NCBI GenBank assembly: GCA_030141605.1
Contig: JAQGDQ010000397.1
Span: 1-64,000 of the forward strand
DNA: 64,000 bases
Origin: Tubiluchus corallicola
Taxonomy: Eukaryota > Animalia > Priapulida
Reading direction: 5' to 3'
Part shown: positions 1 through 13,199 of the stretch, piece after piece
Layout: each line of letters starts with the position of its first letter
Numbering within the stretch: position 1 is the first letter of the stretch
Translations under genes and position numbers: made by a program
The notes under the pieces: model-generated
Told to the model about the DNA's origin: nothing
The model's database searches: none
The model's input: only the letters and a program-made list of their open reading frames with translations

Positions 1-1077
1 GTTTTGAAAGCTTTTTCTGTTGAGCAGTTTTGAAGGAATGTTAAATATTGGTGAAATCTCTCTACTTGTTCAAAAGTTTCTTGGATGATGAATCCATGTT
101 TACACAATCTGATACTTCTTTCACAAGATCTGAACTATAAACTTAATCGTTCAAGCAATGCTACACAATAATTTCTTTCTGAAATTATAATATATTGAAA
201 ACATAATTATGATGTCTAAATAAATGTGTCATAAAGCAGAGATTGTTTTGTGACAAAGTCTGGCTCATTTTGAAGTGCAACCCTGTAAAATGAGCTACTG
301 AACTGTCAGAAGTTACTAAGCCACATTATGCGAACTAGTGAATTGTCGTTTGAAACATCCTGCATCCATAAGATAAACAGTCAGGATCGCATGGTAAATG
401 AAGCCAACCAAAAAATCAAAACCATGCTCGAAATCATAACTATGAAAACCACGTATCACGAATCATTCATGCAACGACATGCATAATTTGTAATGGTCAT
501 CAACCGATCGACAATTTGTTTACAAAAAATTCTGTTTAATAGTGTTATGGCTATTTAAACTTATCTAGTCTCTCTGCAGACCAAAGATTTGTATGTTATA
601 GAATTATCATTAGATCTTAATGTAAAAGAACGACGTATAATCGTAATGATCACACAGTCCAATTCTTCTAGGTTTACTTCACACTTGCCACACAAAGCTA
701 AATTGAAAAAAATAGAGGCTAATTAGGAAATAGAGAGTAGCTTGTATAATCTACTTCTGTACCAATCAGAAAGGGAGAACGTTGAACATTATAACAAAGG
801 TAACGAATTTTTCTAGTAAGCACAACGTCTTCAGGTTGGGACAATCTCTTCATAGCAATAATTATTATGTTTGATAATTAGCTACACTGGAGTATAATAA
901 CTATACTGAGATTTAGTAGACTTCTCTTTGTGCTGAGTTTCAATGTGGATGGTTCAAAATTTTCAAATTACTAATTGAATAATTAGGTATAACGCTTTTC
1001 ATCTTCCTGTATAATAACTATTAATACTTTAGTTGTGTACTTTATAATTATTATTTTTTGTACGCAAATGGTAGTAA

Positions 1078-1490
1078 ATAGCCAAGCCCCACAAAAGAAT
1101 TTTGCACATAAATCCACAACTACAATCTACACACAACTCACAACTCAATCGACGTCACACCACCCACACCATACCACCCACATCATAAGACATTCACCTC
1201 ACCAGCCAAACGGCAACATGTAACTTCCACCACATGACCAACATCGTGCCTTACCCATCACAACTCCACCACCATACCATGAACACCCACCAAAACAGGC
1301 AGACCATGCCTTTCCCACCAAGCCACACACGATATCATACCACACAATGCAGATGATGATAACAATTTTGATGACCATGATGATGCTGACTATGTCGATG
1401 ACAGTAACATCTGATGACCAACACAACAGCACAACAGTCAAAAATTTTGCACAAATTTTAAGCTGTGTGCTATGATAAATGCTAGTACCT
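1078..1490 (+). repeat. Copy of a dispersed element with conserved ends and a CA/CAC-rich low-complexity core (non-autonomous Helitron-like)
   Basis: The 5' block tagccaagccccacaaaagaattttgcacataaa recurs near 33395, 52697 and (reverse) 44170-44200. The 3' end has gcacaaa...tgtgtgc followed by ctag. The His/Thr/Pro-rich ORFs here are low-complexity artefacts. Confidence 0.5.
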
Positions 1491-2044
1491 CCTTAAGGAT
1501 AACAAGGCCTTACAAGGCCTATGACATTTTACAACTGTTTGAGCACAGACAAAGCTAAATAATTATAAATTAGGCACTGTTCCTGTTTGGGAGAACTTTA
1601 GCTATTCAATCGCGCTATTTATTTAAGCATCTATGTGTGATTTAATTGGATCATATTAAGAATAACACGCCCTAACATTTCAGGCACTCCATGTTTGCCC
1701 TTTGAGTTGCTAAGTGTTGGTTACACTTGCGAGATTGTACAAACTACTTTGTTGTGACCTGCTTGCTACAGCCCAAGAACACAGAGTTCTACAGCCATTA
1801 CAGGAGAATTTCTATCCCATCAGCCATTGACAAATTGGCAGGCACTAGCACCGCTGAGTGGCGGAAGAAAACTAAATATCTCTCCTATAAAATTGTAAAA
1901 TTTCAACGTTTTAAAAAATTAAAGTGGAGTTTGCTATATTTTTGTAAAAAAATTTCTTTTTAAATTAAGTAAGCAACAGCAACCAAAATTTTACGTTCTG
2001 GAGGTAGAGGTAAACCGGAATTTGGAACAACATCTACTGAAATT

Positions 2045-2500
2045 ATGAAGCCATGTGTTGCAAGAATTTTCCCGACATCCGGTCGCACGATTGAAGTTAC
2101 TGTGATACGTCAGGTACAACAAAAATGTACCAACGACATTGTCGAGAGACTTTGTGAACAGTTAAATGTACATCTTGCTCAAGGAGCCATAAAAGCTTCT
2201 CATCGCCTGCAATGGCCAAGGTCAGTAGTGCCCCTATTATAGTTGTACGTAGAGACGACAGAGATATAGAATACGCAGCCAGAAAGAATAAAACTTTGCT
2301 AGAGATCTATTCTTTTCTTCTGCATAGCGGATGTTAATGAAAGTTTAACCGCACTCTCTTGTATCATGCTAAACAATGTAAAAAACAATTTGGGTTCAAG
2401 TACGTGTGGCCAAAGTATGGACACACATTTCCTAGAAGATCTGATGAAGCAGAAGCAGTTTCTATAAACTCCCTGCAGGACCTAATCAAACAAGTGACAT
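2045..2500 (+). mobile_element. Degenerate LINE (L2/CR1/Jockey-type) ORF1 fragment, RRM plus C-terminal domain
   Basis: TNDIVERLCEQLNV...IKASHRL, then across stops/frameshifts NESLT...LYHAKQCKKQFGFKYVW..YG...RRSD....I.S.QDL. This matches the conserved LINE ORF1 / FP25K-like C-terminus. Confidence 0.65.
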
Positions 2501-2524
2501 GCAAAGGTAAACTACTTATAGCAG

Positions 2525-3305
2525 CTCGATGGACCAAGCGGCCATTTCGGAATGACAATACGTGGACTTTCACCCCATCAGCGCATATACGGAAAACGTG
2601 ACGAGTCCCATCGGGTTTCACGTGGTTGGAAGTTCGGACACAAATCTGGTCTTGGATGTGCTCATGTTAACCGCAATGCAGAACCGGTTTCGTCAAAGGT
2701 TGAGAACGCACTTGCTCTTGTGGGTCTGGTAAATTTACTGGCCACCTCCACGTTTATGGATTGCAAAGTGATTTGGGAAACACGCAAATACAGGGCATTT
2801 TGCACTACTACGTCCACAGGGCCTAACAGCATTCCCTGCTGCAACTCGAAAACGACACGAAACGCATGCAACTGTTGGTAGCGGGTTGTCATCCGGATCT
2901 CAGCACCGTGCAGATCGACCAACTAACTCAAAACGCATCACTGAGGGAAAGGACAGGCCCGCTACACCACTGATCGAAGTGTTAGTACGTCGCCAAACTG
3001 TTCGTGGATTTTTCCTGTGAACCTTGCTTTCTTTCTGATTAGACAGTGCACAGACTGGTACATGATAACCGCATATGCGGATCGCGAAGTCAACCTGAAC
3101 GTGCACGTGTTGTACCTGAAATGCTTGCATATGGTACCTATCATTTTGAAGGCCTACACGGACGGTCTGCCTCGCACCAACGCCATCTACCCTTACAGAA
3201 GGGTGGAAATGAGCAGTTTTACCATAGGTCAAGATTCGCAGAGCAGTGTAAAAGAAGACCTGTTTTCTGGACCAGTACCCAAACTCTGTGGCTTTGTCCT
3301 AGTCT
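2525..3305 (+). pseudogene. Frameshifted Polinton/Maverick (adintovirus-like) major capsid protein relic
   Basis: Collinear motifs across frames: QYVDFHPISAY...SPIGFHVVG; VGLVNLLATSTFMDCKV...YRAF; VLYLKCLHMVPIILKAYTDGLPRTNAIYPYRRVEMSSFTIGQDSQSSVKEDLFSGPVPK (consensus YP..RVE...F.I..G.....E.LF.G.LPK). GC-richer than flanks, with several stops. Confidence 0.75.
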
Positions 3306-3623
3306 GTTCAGTATTTTGGTTAACTTGTGCTTTAATTTAATTATATGTGTTTTTTGACAGTAGATGCAAATTGGTCAATAAGAGTACTAAGATTTAATTT
3401 AAGACACTTACCTGTTTAATATATTTACCTATGTAAAAATGATTGTATAGTGTCCCCAAGGTTATCATGAGGTGGCTACAAAAATGCATCAGGAAAATTG
3501 GAAAAGTAGGTAAAAAATAACACAGGCAAAAATCTTAGTAAACTCAGTATGTGGTTCAGGTTAGGTTTATAGTGGGCGATAACAATTTTAGTTTTTAACT
3601 CTGCCTTGGAAGTTGTGCTTCAA

Positions 3624-4955
3624 CACACTTTGTTTGTTTTGTTTGTTTTTTGTCTATTATGTAAATCTTTTTGAAGAAATGTAGGTAGATGAGGTCAATA
3701 TTTTATTGTCAATTATTTTTTTTTGCAAAACTTGACGTGTACGGTAAAAAAATCGAGAAACACTTTGCCAAGGTCTGTGAGGGTGTTTGAACTATGAGTT
3801 AGCATTTTTATTAGTTCAAACTCGATTCGAACCTAAAACTAATTCGAATTCAGTTCGAATTTGAAACACTAAAGATCTGTTTGATTCAAATGCGAAAGTC
3901 AGAAATTCGGCTGGATTTGAATTTGCTTTTTGGTACAGAATGCTCACGCCTAGTGTGTACCACACACCTCTTTTTTGTTATCTCCTCCTAAACAGACAAC
4001 TACGAGTTAATACGAGGTCCATTTCAAGATATTCTCGCTCGTAAAGCTGTGTGTAATGCAGATTATAATGTTTGCTTGCATATTTGTCAGTCATTTTAAA
4101 TTCCCAAAATGAAATAGTAAAAGGTAAATAAACACTGTGTGGAACATCTGCACATAACTGTTTATAAATCTGTTTAACAGACAAATATTTTACTAGCATG
4201 TTTTATACTAATGCAAATACATTTTTGTGTGTTTGCTTGTTTATCTTTGTGTTAATTTTTTTAGCCAAACGAAGCAGACTAATAAGTTTAGAATTGTCCA
4301 GCTCTGGCGGAGATCTGTTCATTCTAGTTTTATTATAGAAATCAATTGCATCCATGTAACATTATGTGCCATTTTTTCCGTGCCATTTTTATCTGCACCA
4401 TTTTTGTTTTGCACAGCTGCTGCTATTGTGGTTGTTATTGACGTTGTCATTGCTGTTACTGTTGTTGTTATTATTGTAAAACAAAAACAAGGTCAGGCTA
4501 ACTGTTACTATGTAGTAGATATAATCCATGTACTAAAATTTGTGACACAATTTCCTACATATGTTCAAGCATTTCTTTGTTACATGGTGTTTATTGATAG
4601 TAACAAATAAACAATGAGAGTGCAGGAAAAACTGCTCTCACTAAGCAGCGATCACGTTATATTGTAGCTGTTGCATTAGTTGCAATTTTGTACAGTAAAT
4701 GGCTGACTGACTACTGGGCTAATTTGAGCAGTTATATTATTGCAAATCTTACTTCAAGATTGCATATTAATTTTGATTTTAAATGCGTAATACTAAATCT
4801 TCCTACTATCATCTACGTAATTGTTAGTGACGACTGTTTGATAATTATTATTTTTTTCTAAGGTAACATATTGTAGGTGTTGTTTTAGTTGCGATTTTGT
4901 ACAATAGATGGCCCACAGATATTGCTGGTCACTCGTGCTGTCGATCACTCTTACC
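3624..4955 (+). repeat. Diverged duplicate of about 21682-23300
   Basis: Long collinear near-identical stretches, e.g. tttttgttatctcctcctaaacagacaactacgagttaatacgaggtcc and acaaataaacaatgagagtgcaggaaaaactgctctcactaagcagc in both copies. Confidence 0.9.
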
Positions 4956-5508
4956 TATGTGCATCGACACTACAGGAATTGTTATGAAAGAACTGAAGCA
5001 CGAGCACGAGTTATTCTTCTTTAAATTTCTTGCATTGGGTGAGAAGAATTGAATAAATGCAGTGTATAACTAATAAATCCAACACGGATTATAAATGGAC
5101 TAATGAGACCATTGAGTCAGTTGTAAGTGAAAACACCTAAAGCTTAAATAATCTGAATTTATTGTAAATTACAAAGAAATGCTTGATTAGACACACTCTT
5201 AGGCAATTTTTTAAATTTTTGTTTTTGATTTTAAACATGAATGACAGTTTCCCGGTTATTTTAAAGCACAAAAGGTTTCTCCCAGTTGTGCTGAACATTT
5301 TCTTGTATTATAACTGTAGATAAAAGTTAAGATGTGTACGAACTGAATAAAACACAACTCGTCTCTTAAATCAGAAGTGGTAAATATACTGCTCGTACAC
5401 CAGAAGTAGTCCTACTGTTTTTGGGAAATCGGTTTTGGGGCAGTTATTTATTCAAAACTCCAGCATTAATGGTATGTAACTTAAAATAATCACTTTTTCT
5501 TTCCACAA

Positions 5509-5540
<32 letters not shown>

Positions 5541-6227
5541 ATACATATATAGCTTTAAAAACACGTAACATCACAATTTTATACGAAATAAACTCATAAT
5601 GAAATTTATAATAATTATTATCATTTCCACCAGCAGAACAACAGCATATAAAAATCTCAATACACCACACCTAACTGCATGTTAAATCACATTTACGAAA
5701 TTATTACGACTGATGTTGTTGGCTTTTTCAGGTAATGCTCTTCAAAGTCATCAATATTGCAATTTAGTGAAATTAATCAAATATTTTTTAACTTCTTCAC
5801 TGTCAAGTAAAGTGTATCGCTTCTTTACTATTAATTTGCCTACAGACTACAGACCCATTTATTTAGTTCCTTATTTATATTCTACATTAATAATAAATTT
5901 GGAGTCACCTGAGTCATTGATAAAAGGCTAGTGATAAATAAGATTCTCAAACTTCTTTGAGGTATATATTTGGCCAGTTGGTTGAGTAACACAAAAGTAA
6001 CACATCGTAAGTTGGCAACTTGTAATTTGCCCAAGAATCAAAGTGCTAATTAACAACAAAAACAAACATTGGCACTAATGTTTGGTACTGATGTTGCAAA
6101 GTAGGTTTCGTTAGAACCAGCTTTGGAGCTAAAACAAAAAGAGCTGCCGACAGATAATTCCCAACAAAAATTATTATAGTTTTTAATTCACCTTAATTGA
6201 CGCATATGAAAAAAATCATGTGCTTGC

Positions 6228-6968
6228 TCTCTTGGAATCCTGGCAATTTTGTTGGATTCTAAATAATTGATTTATGCTACTTTTAAAAGTGCTACACCAC
6301 ACAACTACAACCATAATAAGAGCAGTGTAAAGACTTTGCAAGTTAATTTTACAGACTTTTGTTAATTTAAGTGTAGTTATAGTGCTGTAGAATAAATATG
6401 TTGTCTCTTTTTAAACTCGTTACGGTAAATGCATTTCAATGATAATTTTTGATTTTTCTATTTTTCTTCAGCTTTAATAAATGGTGATTTGCAACAAATA
6501 AGCGTCTGTTGCCCACTTACTGGACCTAGTTCTCACTGAACTCAAAGATTTTTTGTCAGCAATGGTCAAATGGAAAACAATTTTTTGTTACCACTGGACA
6601 CATAATAAAGTGATAATCATTTTTCTGAAGATTTTTAGCAATGCCTTTTCAGCATGTGGTAAAACTACTTTTTTGCTATCAAAACAATATTGTGAGCATT
6701 AAATAAACATATTAGTGAATTCATTCAGTTTATTTTTATCTTTTGTTTTTCTTGCGCCTAGTTTGATTTCTCAATCATCTTCCTGGCGTCTCTTCCCAGT
6801 TGTGTCAGCCTCGGGTGTGAAGTATTTGCAAAAGTAACTTTAAATTTGAGAAATAATCAAATATGCGTGGAAAACTCTTTATTTTAATTAGATAAACCAA
6901 AAATAAACGTTGCAATATAATTCACTAGACTCTAAAGGGTTATTGTGTTCAACATTTGCAATAACATT
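6228..6968 (+). repeat. Diverged duplicate of about 24621-25352
   Basis: Shared blocks such as gctgtagaataaatatgttgtctctttttaaactcgttacggtaaat and cagttgtgtcagcctcgggtgtga. Confidence 0.9.
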
Positions 6969-7894
6969 AAATTTTGTTCAAATGTCAATAGCTGTCAATC
7001 ACGAATTGAATTGGCTGGGTGCGATTCGTAGAAAAATATTGATCATTTTCAATTATTGATCACGAATCAGAATTTACAAATCGTATTTGCGAAATTCATT
7101 TCACACAAAGTTTCATGCTCATAAGAAAGCGTTAGTGTGGCTTTTTTACTCAAATAGTGGCTGAGATTCATGAATATTATTGGTTTTGTGATAACGTGAT
7201 AAAGAAACGAGTCACTGTTTCAGTCAATTTAGTTTGCTCAATGCAAAATGTGATATCTTTATGCAAAGTTACCAGCACAGTAAAAAACGTTGGGTGAAAT
7301 TTTTGAGACTCTGCTGTGATGGAGAAGATAATCCACCAATGTAATTTTTAGGGAAAGCTCACTGCTATACACAAAGAGTTTAGAGGTGTTTATAATTGTG
7401 AGTATAACTTATTGTCATGTCTTGGAAATAATTCTAGCGGACACGAAGTGGACACAAGAAACTAGCAAAACTACGTAAGAAATTCAACAATTATAGATAT
7501 TTGCCTAAATATTTGAAGGGCGAGTATTCCAATAAAGTTGCTTTTTCATCACTTTTGCAATTCTCAAACTGATTTGCTTGTCCTGTGAGGTTTCATCTCC
7601 TACGTAGTTCTCTGCGTGAGTAATGTTTATGTTATGCATGTCCTGTACCACATCAGTTTTGCTTAGCAGAGTAATTTAGAGTAAGTTTTGCTATCTAGTA
7701 TGAACACGCTTACGAGTTACTTAGAGAGTTAACATTAACGAGAGAACACAGCCTAATTTGAATGTGCCATTATCTAAAGTACTAAACTAAATTGGCGGTT
7801 GGTGGTCATCTCTGACTTGCTGCTGAGTCAGGTTGATCACTATCGATATCTCAGAAGGATGAGGGCTTTAGAGTTTGTATATAGGAACATTTTT

Positions 7895-8040
7895 TGTAAA
7901 CCTGTTTTTACATGATAAACTCGGACATCGCGCCGCTTGCCTTTTGATCCTATGCATACATTGTAGTTCCAGTCTGACAGGTTGTCCACTACTGGAATGG
8001 GACCACGCCAACATGGGTTCATCTTTTTGCCCCATCTTTT
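7895..8040 (-). mobile_element. Gypsy integrase C-terminal (GPY/F) fragment
   Basis: KKMNPCWRGPIPVVDNLSDWNYNV...DVRVYHV resembles KL.P.W.GPY.V...LSD.NY.....V.H. Confidence 0.5.
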
Positions 8041-9867
8041 GTACTGAATTGTTTTTAAAGTTTGCAGTAATTTTGATTCTATTATATTAATTTTTTTGTA
8101 GAATGAAGAATTTGTAATATCTACCAAAGACATTGTTAATGAAATGATCATTAAAAACCTATAAGGAAAGCTGAAGTACAATGGTAAAGATGCACATATT
8201 TTGGCCAAGCCTGAATGTGACACTACATTTTGCTGATAACATACGAACAAATATCAGTTTGTAAATTAACTCTAGAATCTAGAAAAAATTCTTTGAGCAT
8301 GCTACAAATTCAACATATCTGGAAAATGAACTCCTGATTGATTGATGTGATTGATTGATTGATTGAATAACTGTGTTACATGTAATATTAAGTTTGCGAT
8401 ATATATGTAAGTTTTTTGTGCTTGAACCATTATACTAACGTTTGGATTCTTTGTTTAGATGTATAATGTTTTTTAGTAATTTTCCTACGTCTTTTGTATT
8501 TTGCTTTGCTCAATGGTTCAATAAATAAATAAATATATGTATATATAAATGAATATAACCAGCAGTAGCTTTTACTAATGTAAAATTAGTACAGAGTAGA
8601 ATAGAATGACGTCACACCAATTTTTTCTCTCTGGTGGCTCAAAACTGGTATTTCTTAATTAACTATTTTCTATTAAGGATGTCTTGTGCTTTTCAACACC
8701 ACAAGTGTCATCTAGCTTAGTAGTTAACAGCTAATTACCTGAAACTCAATGTAGATTGTGAAAGCTTTCTTCAAGCACAAGAAACCCTCAAATTACTTTT
8801 AGCTTAAAAAATTTGTCTCGAAATTTGATACAACTTACATAACGCTTTTTTCCATATGGTACTTGCATCGGCCCTAATACAATATAAAATGTACCAGTTT
8901 AAACACCCCTGATGACTAAAACAAGTTTAGATAACACTGAGTAAAGCTTGAAAAAATAATCAGAGCATTCGTAGCATACAATGTTAATTACTGTATCTTG
9001 TAAATAGGATTAAACATTCTTCATTGCCAGTGACATTTTGACAATTGGCACAAACATTTTAAATTATTATTATTTCTAGTTACATATGTCTTTCCAGCAG
9101 GTAAGCGAAATGCTAAGGAACATAGTTTTGATTGGAAAGCATTGGAAACATAATTTAACATCTCCGTTTCTTTCCCTGATTTACGTTTGCGTAGTGACGT
9201 CATGTAATGACGACGTCGGAACAGTATTATGGGAGATTTTAAATGTATCAAGTAAAAAATCTTTTCAACTCGTTTACGATATGTGCATAAAACTGCTGTG
9301 AAGTAATATAAGTTTTATTTCAATTTTTTTGAAACCTACTTTAGGTGCCACTATTCTTGTCCTTTAAAAAAGTCTGACATTTTTTATTGTGAACTAGAAG
9401 AATCGAACAACTTCTTTAAATGATTTCGGATATATAATTAATAACATGTTCTAATGCTTATATATCCTGCTTCCATAATTCCCCCTAAACTTCTAGGCTG
9501 TTGACACACCATCTCGTGAAACGTTTGAACTGAAAAATAAACATCTTTTTCATGTTGAAAGAGTTTTTAAACTTAATTAACTTTAAATTTGATTCAGTTT
9601 GCGTTACAGTCGATTCATGATTTATTATTCACTCTTCATTTTACTACTTAAAACACGGCAGCAAGAACGGCTACTGCAGCAGCAAAGTAAAGCAGCTGTA
9701 CCATTAGCAACATCAGTGCCATCATCTTCAGCAGCAGCAACATGAGTGTCATTAGCAATAGAAGAGTAGGCAGAAGTTGCAACAACAGCAGCAGCAACAA
9801 CACTAATGATGACATCACATTCATCACATTCGCGTTACTCTTTCATCTGTAAGCTTTCCTTTTGCAG

Positions 9868-10626
9868 TTTGCCCTTGTAACGTGGAAGAACTGGACAATC
9901 GTCATGGCCACAATAAAAAGGACACGCAAAATGGACGGTAACTTGACGAGAATGTTAGAAAACTACATCAATTTCCAATACAAAACCAACGTTGTTCAAC
10001 TCATTGGTTACTGCAAAAAAACGTTGACAATTTGTACTGAATACCATAAACTAGGCAACGCAAAGACTGTTGATAAAGTTCTTGAACAATCATCAGTTCA
10101 TAATACTGTAACACGTCGTCTAAACTTGTGTATTGACTATGCAGAAGTTGCTGAGTTCTTAGACAAACAAAACCTTTATCAATGTGACACATACAGCTTG
10201 AAGAAACTGTTGTCGCAGTACCTCCTCACAGATGATTTCCGGTTAGTTCTCAATGACCTTGATGATATTAAATCTCGGGACGCCCGTTGCACGTTTAAGA
10301 ATCGCACCCTGCGCTCAGATCTGAAGTTTGAAGCACCAGAATCGAGATTGTGGAATGACACCGAGTGCACTACAGTTGCATGTGTCAAAAAGCAGAGAGC
10401 TATCAAACATGCAAATGAAGTGTTTAGAATTCCAGACGTTTGCTTGTCATTCTTCATTGGGATTGAAAATGACACAAAGAAAAAGGAAATATTTGCTTTT
10501 GCTGTTGACATCCTAGCACCCGTGCATCAGGCTTGTAAAGATGCAGATCCAAATAAGAGACCGTCAATAAACTCTGTTGTGAAATTTTATCGAAACGTTC
10601 TGGCAAAAAATTCGAAGTTTAAATAA
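9868..10626 (+). CDS. POMK: Protein O-mannose kinase (POMK/SgK196)-like kinase, large terminal coding exon; upstream exon(s) with TM anchor and Gly-loop not located
   Basis: Motifs VVQLIGYC, TEYHKLG, RLNLCIDY, QCD (catalytic Asp, MCD in POMK), LSQYLLTDDF.LVLNDLD, FEAPE, FRIPDV and VHQACK...KRPS...V...Y..VL align collinearly with vertebrate POMK from memory. Strong acceptor ctttccttttgcag|TTT at 9867/9868 (phase 0 relative to the ORF). AATAAA overlaps the stop codon. Confidence 0.85.
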   Translation, partial: FALVTWKNWTIVMATIKRTRKMDGNLTRMLENYINFQYKTNVVQLIGYCKKTLTICTEYHKLGNAKTVDKVLEQSSVHNTVTRRLNLCIDYAEVAEFLDKQNLYQCDTYSLKKLLSQYLLTDDFRLVLNDLDDIKSRDARCTFKNRTLRSDLKFEAPESRLWNDTECTTVACVKKQRAIKHANEVFRIPDVCLSFFIGIENDTKKKEIFAFAVDILAPVHQACKDADPNKRPSINSVVKFYRNVLAKNSKFK

Positions 10627-13199
10627 AGTTTTTATCATCGCGATTAAAGACCTAATTATTTGGCCCTTAAACGCGTATAACGTTTATGATAGTAAAAGTT
10701 CCACACAATAATAACTAAAAGAAGTAAAGAATTTTGAACATAAATTTACATTGGCAAACCATGCCACATCCACTACGCCATACCACCCACATCACATCAC
10801 CCATACTATGCAGCTCTACATATCAACACCCGCACTATATAACCCCACCATACTACACACACCACATTACCCACACCCACCCAACCAGTATTTTTAGTGC
10901 CTCCCCTGCAACAACAAATCCAAACACCTTTCCCCACTTTCCCCATCACAACCCCAAAATGATTTTTTCTTGTATAATATTATAACAAAGTATAACAGCA
11001 CCTGTGAGTTAGGCATAATTCATGTGTTATTTATGTTTTCATTAGTGGGCAGACGGTTAGTAAACCTAGCTCAGGCAGTGATTACTATTAATATGAACTT
11101 ACCGTCTGTCCCTATACGTAATTATATGATCCTCTGGCTGTTTCTTAAGTTTGCCCAGTGGCGGTTCGTTTATAGGTACTGCGGTACTGCAGCCCCCCCC
11201 CCCCTGTTTTCACTCATCATTATTGATAATATTAAATATAATAAGTCTTTTTTTCTTTATTTCTTTTTTATACTTTTGTTGAACCAGATCACGTGAGTGA
11301 AGTACAATTTGCTTCACAGCCCAAGCAACGTGGTGTTTGACTGTTGTGCACATGCGACCATATGCATGTGTCTGAGATAAGACACTGTATGCTATTGTCT
11401 GCTGCTACGTAGAAAAGTACTGTCTCCGAACACAGTAAGAATTACCACGTGCTTACGTTGTACCATCATATTCTTGGGCGTGATAAAATGCAAACTTAGC
11501 GTGTGTACTTAATTAATTAACATAAATAATTTAATAATGGACGCTTTGCATTCCCAGAAATAAGTGTAAGTGAACTGCAACAACTTTTTTTCACAGTTGT
11601 CTGTCCATGAGAAAGTTGCAGTTAAGAAAAGAGGCCGTTCAACATCCGATTTTCAAATATAAATAAAACATTAAAATTACATGTTTGATAAAAATGTCAT
11701 TTGTTTTTCTTTTCACAACAGATTTGCGAGAGCTTCCTGCTTTTGATGCCGATGTGCCAGCTTTTGTACCAGCATTAGTTGCTTGTCTCCCAACCTTTTG
11801 TCGGACATTAGCAGTCTGAGTTCCAGCCTTTGTTCCATTATTTGTAGCACTTCTGCCTGTGTTCAACTCATTTCCAGCTTGTAGAGCTGAACTTGGGGTA
11901 CCTTAATGCTACGTGCATTCTCACTAGGCAATTGTGGGGCATTTACTGCATTTGGTAATTGTTCGGCAGGCTTTGCCAGATTAAATTTTTCCTAAGATTT
12001 TTCTAAAGCAGAACCCCCACTAATTTTAGTTATTAGCCGCCACTGAGTTTGCTGCTTCCACAAAGGACTCTTTTCAAAATCCTCTTTACTCTCATAATTC
12101 TTGTAGCAGAAAATTTTTCGACTGTAAAAATACACTTCATAACTTCTTCAACTCAGACAACAAATCTAGCACCATGGAGTCACCCAATCAACTTATACTC
12201 GCTTACACTCAGCAAATTTATACACACTTTTCTGCTCTCACATTTTGCTCAAATACGCAAAATCCCTATTGATGTTGATGTTGTGGCAACTGCAGTTACT
12301 CAAAACAACCGTTGTAACCATTGGTGAACAAAAAGGGATATAAGAACGTAGCATCGTTTACACATGCTAGGCATCCTTAGTTCATACCCCATACATGAAA
12401 CGCTATGCAAAAAGGAGATATGGAAAAGGAATAATAAAAAATCGCACTAACCTATTAACACAAAAAAAAATATTCACGTAAAGTCTATTGCTTCATTTCT
12501 TTACGAAGAAGTTGGTTTATGAAATTAGTCAATTAGAGTCATTTTTGAGTCAATTAAGTGTCTGAGTCTGTTTATAGAGAGTCTAATAAACGGCTTCCAG
12601 TTATTGCTTCAGTATTAGTTTCTAAGTTGAAATTTTAAAGTAACGCTGACATCAGGCTGTAATGATTTTAATTCATAAACATGGACTGGCTCTATGGTCA
12701 ATGTCAGTCTCAACTGTAGACAGTACAATGTATATAATTATACAATATTATAGTAACTTCAGAATTAAAGTTGAGAAACATTTATGACAATGTTCTTTAA
12801 TTTTCATATCTATTTGATGTGCTTCTATGTGAAGCTTTTTATATAGCGTTGCAAAAATATATCTGCAAATTAAACCTTGAATAGACTTAAGTTTTTGCTT
12901 TTTTTTATTTGAAGATATTTATTTCATTAAACTAGCAAAGGCCCAGCAAAAAAATTCTAATAAAGTTTGCGTATAAATACACTTATAATTAATAATACGA
13001 GAACATCCTACATAGTCCTCATTTACAACTCAAAGCCAGTAGCTTTTACTAAATTAAAGTTATAGGGTTATAGGCAGAGTATAATAGATGACGTCAGAAC
13101 AATGGCTTTGCGTCAGCAGTTTTCCAAGCGAAAATTGCCAAAAATGGAACATCTAATTAACTAGTCGATACTCCTCTTGTTGGACCTGCCCTAAGATGT

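Noticed and set aside
5081-5126. Possible small exon ending at a gtaagt donor
   Set aside because: No recognisable homology; such signals are common by chance in AT-rich DNA.
7350-7560. Peptides HKEFRGVYNCEYNLLSC and YLKGEYSNKVAFSSL faintly resembling the POMK N-terminal region
   Set aside because: They are in different frames with a stop between them, there is no GxGxxK loop, and no phase-0 donor links them to 9868. Probably chance similarity.
8911-8940. CTGATGA followed by a ctaaa/tttag stem, hammerhead-like
   Set aside because: The required GAAA is absent (ATAA instead).
11639-12420. Low-complexity Ala/Gly/Thr/Lys ORF and a Cys-containing stretch on the minus strand, possibly a MULE/SWIM remnant or host exon
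   Set aside because: Multiple stops and no motif I can assign with confidence.
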